Positions 61,401-64,000 of a stretch of DNA of 64,000 bases are shown piece by piece (position 1 is the first letter of the stretch; the number at the start of each line of letters is the position of its first letter). Origin of the DNA: Sarea resinae (lineage: Eukaryota); the NCBI GenBank assembly GCA_026026165.1, contig JAPEUD010000027.1:1-64000 (forward strand), in the 5' to 3' direction. A program made the translations under genes and the position numbers. The notes under the pieces were generated by a model, which saw only the letters and a program-made list of their open reading frames with translations, did not search any database and was not told the origin of the DNA.

Positions 61401-64000
61401 TTCCTAGGATTCGCGAATTTCTACTAACAGTTTATAGAGAAATACTCTGTCAAAGCGCTGCTATTAACTAGCCTGCTTGCTAGAAGCAAGAACAGAAAGA
61501 AAAGCAGTCTATTCTACTTCCTTAAGGAAGCTAAGGAAGCATTTAAAGCCCTAAAAGAAGCTTTTACAACGGCGCCTATACTGCGCTACTACAATCTAAA
61601 GAGGTAGATACAAGTAGAAACAGACGCTTCTAGATTTGCTGTTGCAGCAATTTTATCCTAGCTAGTCAAGGATAAACAAGGCGTGACAACAGCGTTAAGG
61701 TGGCACCTAGTTGCATACTAGTCTAGAAAGCTTACTAATACTAAATCAAGATATAAAGTGCATGACTTAGAGTTGCTAGCTATTGTAATAGCTTTTAAGC
61801 AATAGCGCTATTACTTAGAAAGGGCTAATTACCCTATTAAGGTCTTAACTAACTATGCAAATCTACGCTACTTTATAACAACAAAGGAGTTAACCTGTCG
61901 CTAGGCTAGATAGGCTAAACAGCTAGCAGCGTATGATTTTAAACTTATATATAGAGTAAGAAAAGCTAATCTAGCTGACAGGCTGTCGCGGCGCCCTAAT
62001 TATAAGGTGAAGACACAGGGTCTAGAAGTGATGCTTCCTACTCTACAGCAGAAGCTGCAGAACCTGTGTATGTTGAAAGGAGACAGCACTGCGCTAGTGA
62101 TCTAAAACCTTCTTACTAGAACAGATAATAAGTATCTAGGCGAAATAGGCGCTGATACGCTAAAGGATGATATGTATCTACAAGGGATTAAAAACCCCTC
62201 TAGGTTAGGGGATAACACTCTACCTACTGTTAATAAGCGACAGCAGCGCGCTAGGATAACACCTAGTCTAAGTGTAAAGGATAATATATATCTACAAAGG
62301 ATTAAAACCCCTTCTAGGTTATAGGATAAAACCTAGCCTAATGTCAAAGAGCAATAAGGAGGCACTAGAGTGACACCTAGGCCTAGCCTAAATGACAATG
62401 CTAATGAGCTAGCATTAGGAGATAAGTTTAAACACCTCTATATAAGACAAGCAGTGCATAAGGCAGCTGCTAATAAAAGAGCGTACAACCTGCTAACAGG
62501 CTAGCTGCTTGACGTTATCCTTAGGACTTAGTAGAAAGATTATTTCGCTAAGGAAAAGATTAAAAGCATTCCTACTAAGGAGGTTACAGGCTAAGAAAAG
62601 TGGAAAATAGACTCTATAGGCCTGCTGCGCCTAGAAGGCAAAGCATATGTGCCGCGTGATACAGCTATTAGGTTAGAAATCATAAGGATAAACTATAATA
62701 ACTTGTTTAGTAGCTACTTTAGCGCTAAGAGAACGACAGAGGTGATCTAGCGTAAATACTAGTAGACTAATTTAGCTAAGGATGTTAAAGAATATATTAA
62801 TAAGTGCGATATATATCAAAGGGTCTAGGTGCCTAGGCATTGCCTATACAGCAAGCTACAGTCATTACCTATACCTTACTAGCTGTTTAAAGAAATCACT
62901 ATAGATTTTGTGACAGGCCTGCCGCTAAGCAACATAAGAGATTGCAAGGCCTATAACATAATAATAGTAGTAGTTAACTGCTATATAAAGATAGCGAAAT
63001 ATATTCTATGCTAAACGAATCTAAATGCCGCTATGCTTGCAGACATATTTGTTGACGTTGTAACAACAGCGTATAGCAATCTAAAGCGCATTGTATTAGA
63101 TAGAGGCAGTGTATTTGCAAGCAAGTTTTAGTTAGCGATATGCTATTAAATGCGAATTAAGAACTAGCTTAGCACTGCCTTCTACCTGCAGACAGATAGC
63201 TAGACTAAGAGGCAAAACTAGACGTTAGAACACTACTTGCAGTGCTATATAAGCAGCTGCTAGGACGACTAGGCCCTGCTGTTACCTATAGCTAAGTATG
63301 CATACAATAATAGCATACATTTGTCTATAGGAATGTCACTCTTCTATGCCCTATATAGCTACAACCTAGATCTGCAACTTAATATCGCAGATAATGCTAT
63401 AGAGAGAGAGGTGCTAGCGGTAAACAAGCGCCTTAACGTCCTCTAAAGGGTAAGACAAAGACTAGAAGAGGATCTTGCTAAGGTATAGCAGTACTAAGCT
63501 AAGTAGTACAATAGGAAACATAAGCTAATGCAATACAAAAGAGGCGACAAAGTTATGCTGTTAGCGCGTAACCTTAGCACTATACGCCTAAGCAAGAAGT
63601 TAGAGCACTGCTATATAGGCCTATTTGTAGTACTTAACTCTGTAGGCAAGCAAGCCTACTAGTTACAGCTCTCTAAGGCTTATAGATCTATCTACCCTGT
63701 ATTTTATATGTCGCTGCTTAAGCGCTACTACAGCGACAGCGATACCTTTCACTAGCACTTTAAGCTAGTTAATAGCTAGGTTAAGTAGATTGTTAAGAAA
63801 ATCCTAGGCTATAGAGTACTTAAGAGAGAACGATAATATCTAGTCAAGTAGAAAGGAGCTCTAGTAGATAATACTAGCTAGGAGCTAGCAGAGCACCTAG
63901 CAAACGCTATAGACCTAGTACAGGATTATAAACAGCACTTACTCTCTAACTAGCATAGGGGCCTAGCGAACAAGGAATAGGATGCTAGTGTGCTGTTAAC
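58499..64000 (+). mobile_element. Second, less-mutated chromovirus copy (5' LTR 58499-58807, gag-pol through the chromodomain), truncated by the window end
   Basis: Collinear with copy 1 at an offset of about 28.92 kb. CLNC..(H)..C at about 59961, LID(S)GA at about 60165, YLD(D) at 61158, ETDAS at about 61617, integrase (M)DFVTGLP, chromodomain YLVK(W)KG..S(W)E(P). Confidence 0.95.

Larger units (their letters stand above)
55670..64000. repeat. RIP-mutated AT-rich transposon cluster
   Basis: TpA excess and CpA/TpG depletion, no ORFs in the supplied track, nested LTR elements. The left boundary is approximate. Confidence 0.9.

Noticed and set aside
1..64000. tRNA, rRNA, snRNA genes, CRISPR arrays, telomeric repeats, secondary-metabolite backbone genes
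   Set aside because: None recognised by eye; a covariance-model scan would be needed to exclude small ncRNAs.

Overview
Filamentous-ascomycete (Pezizomycotina-type) genomic DNA. Two GC-balanced, intron-containing gene blocks (about 1-25.8 kb and 40.5-55.6 kb) alternate with two very AT/TpA-rich blocks (about 26.0-40.2 kb and 55.7-64 kb) that carry the signature of repeat-induced point mutation (RIP). Host genes: VPS54, MCM5, eIF4A-III (FAL1), SF3a60 (PRP9), an intronless alpha/beta hydrolase, a class II glutamine amidotransferase, an NTF2/SnoaL-like protein, ribokinase, a disordered protein with an ABBA-KEN-D-box cassette resembling the yeast APC/C inhibitor Acm1, gamma-tubulin complex GCP5, a GT15 mannosyltransferase, COX6/COX5A, a fatty-acid elongase, an MDR enoyl-reductase-like protein, a retropepsin-like ORF with one in-frame stop, and a GAF hybrid histidine kinase. 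The RIP blocks contain a complete 7.4-kb chromovirus (309-bp LTRs, AAATC target-site duplication), a second less-mutated copy cut by the window end, a lone LTR, an older minus-strand Gypsy pol relic, and an unidentified host element with inverted-repeat ends and intron-rich gene relics. The most interesting observations are: (1) the chromovirus appears to self-prime, to carry three AT-hooks after its chromodomain, and to encode an antisense, intron-containing gene with a Zn2Cys6-like domain; (2) the Acm1-like gene, which has an MCB-rich promoter. Exon boundaries and de-RIPed translations were read by eye and no database searches were run.
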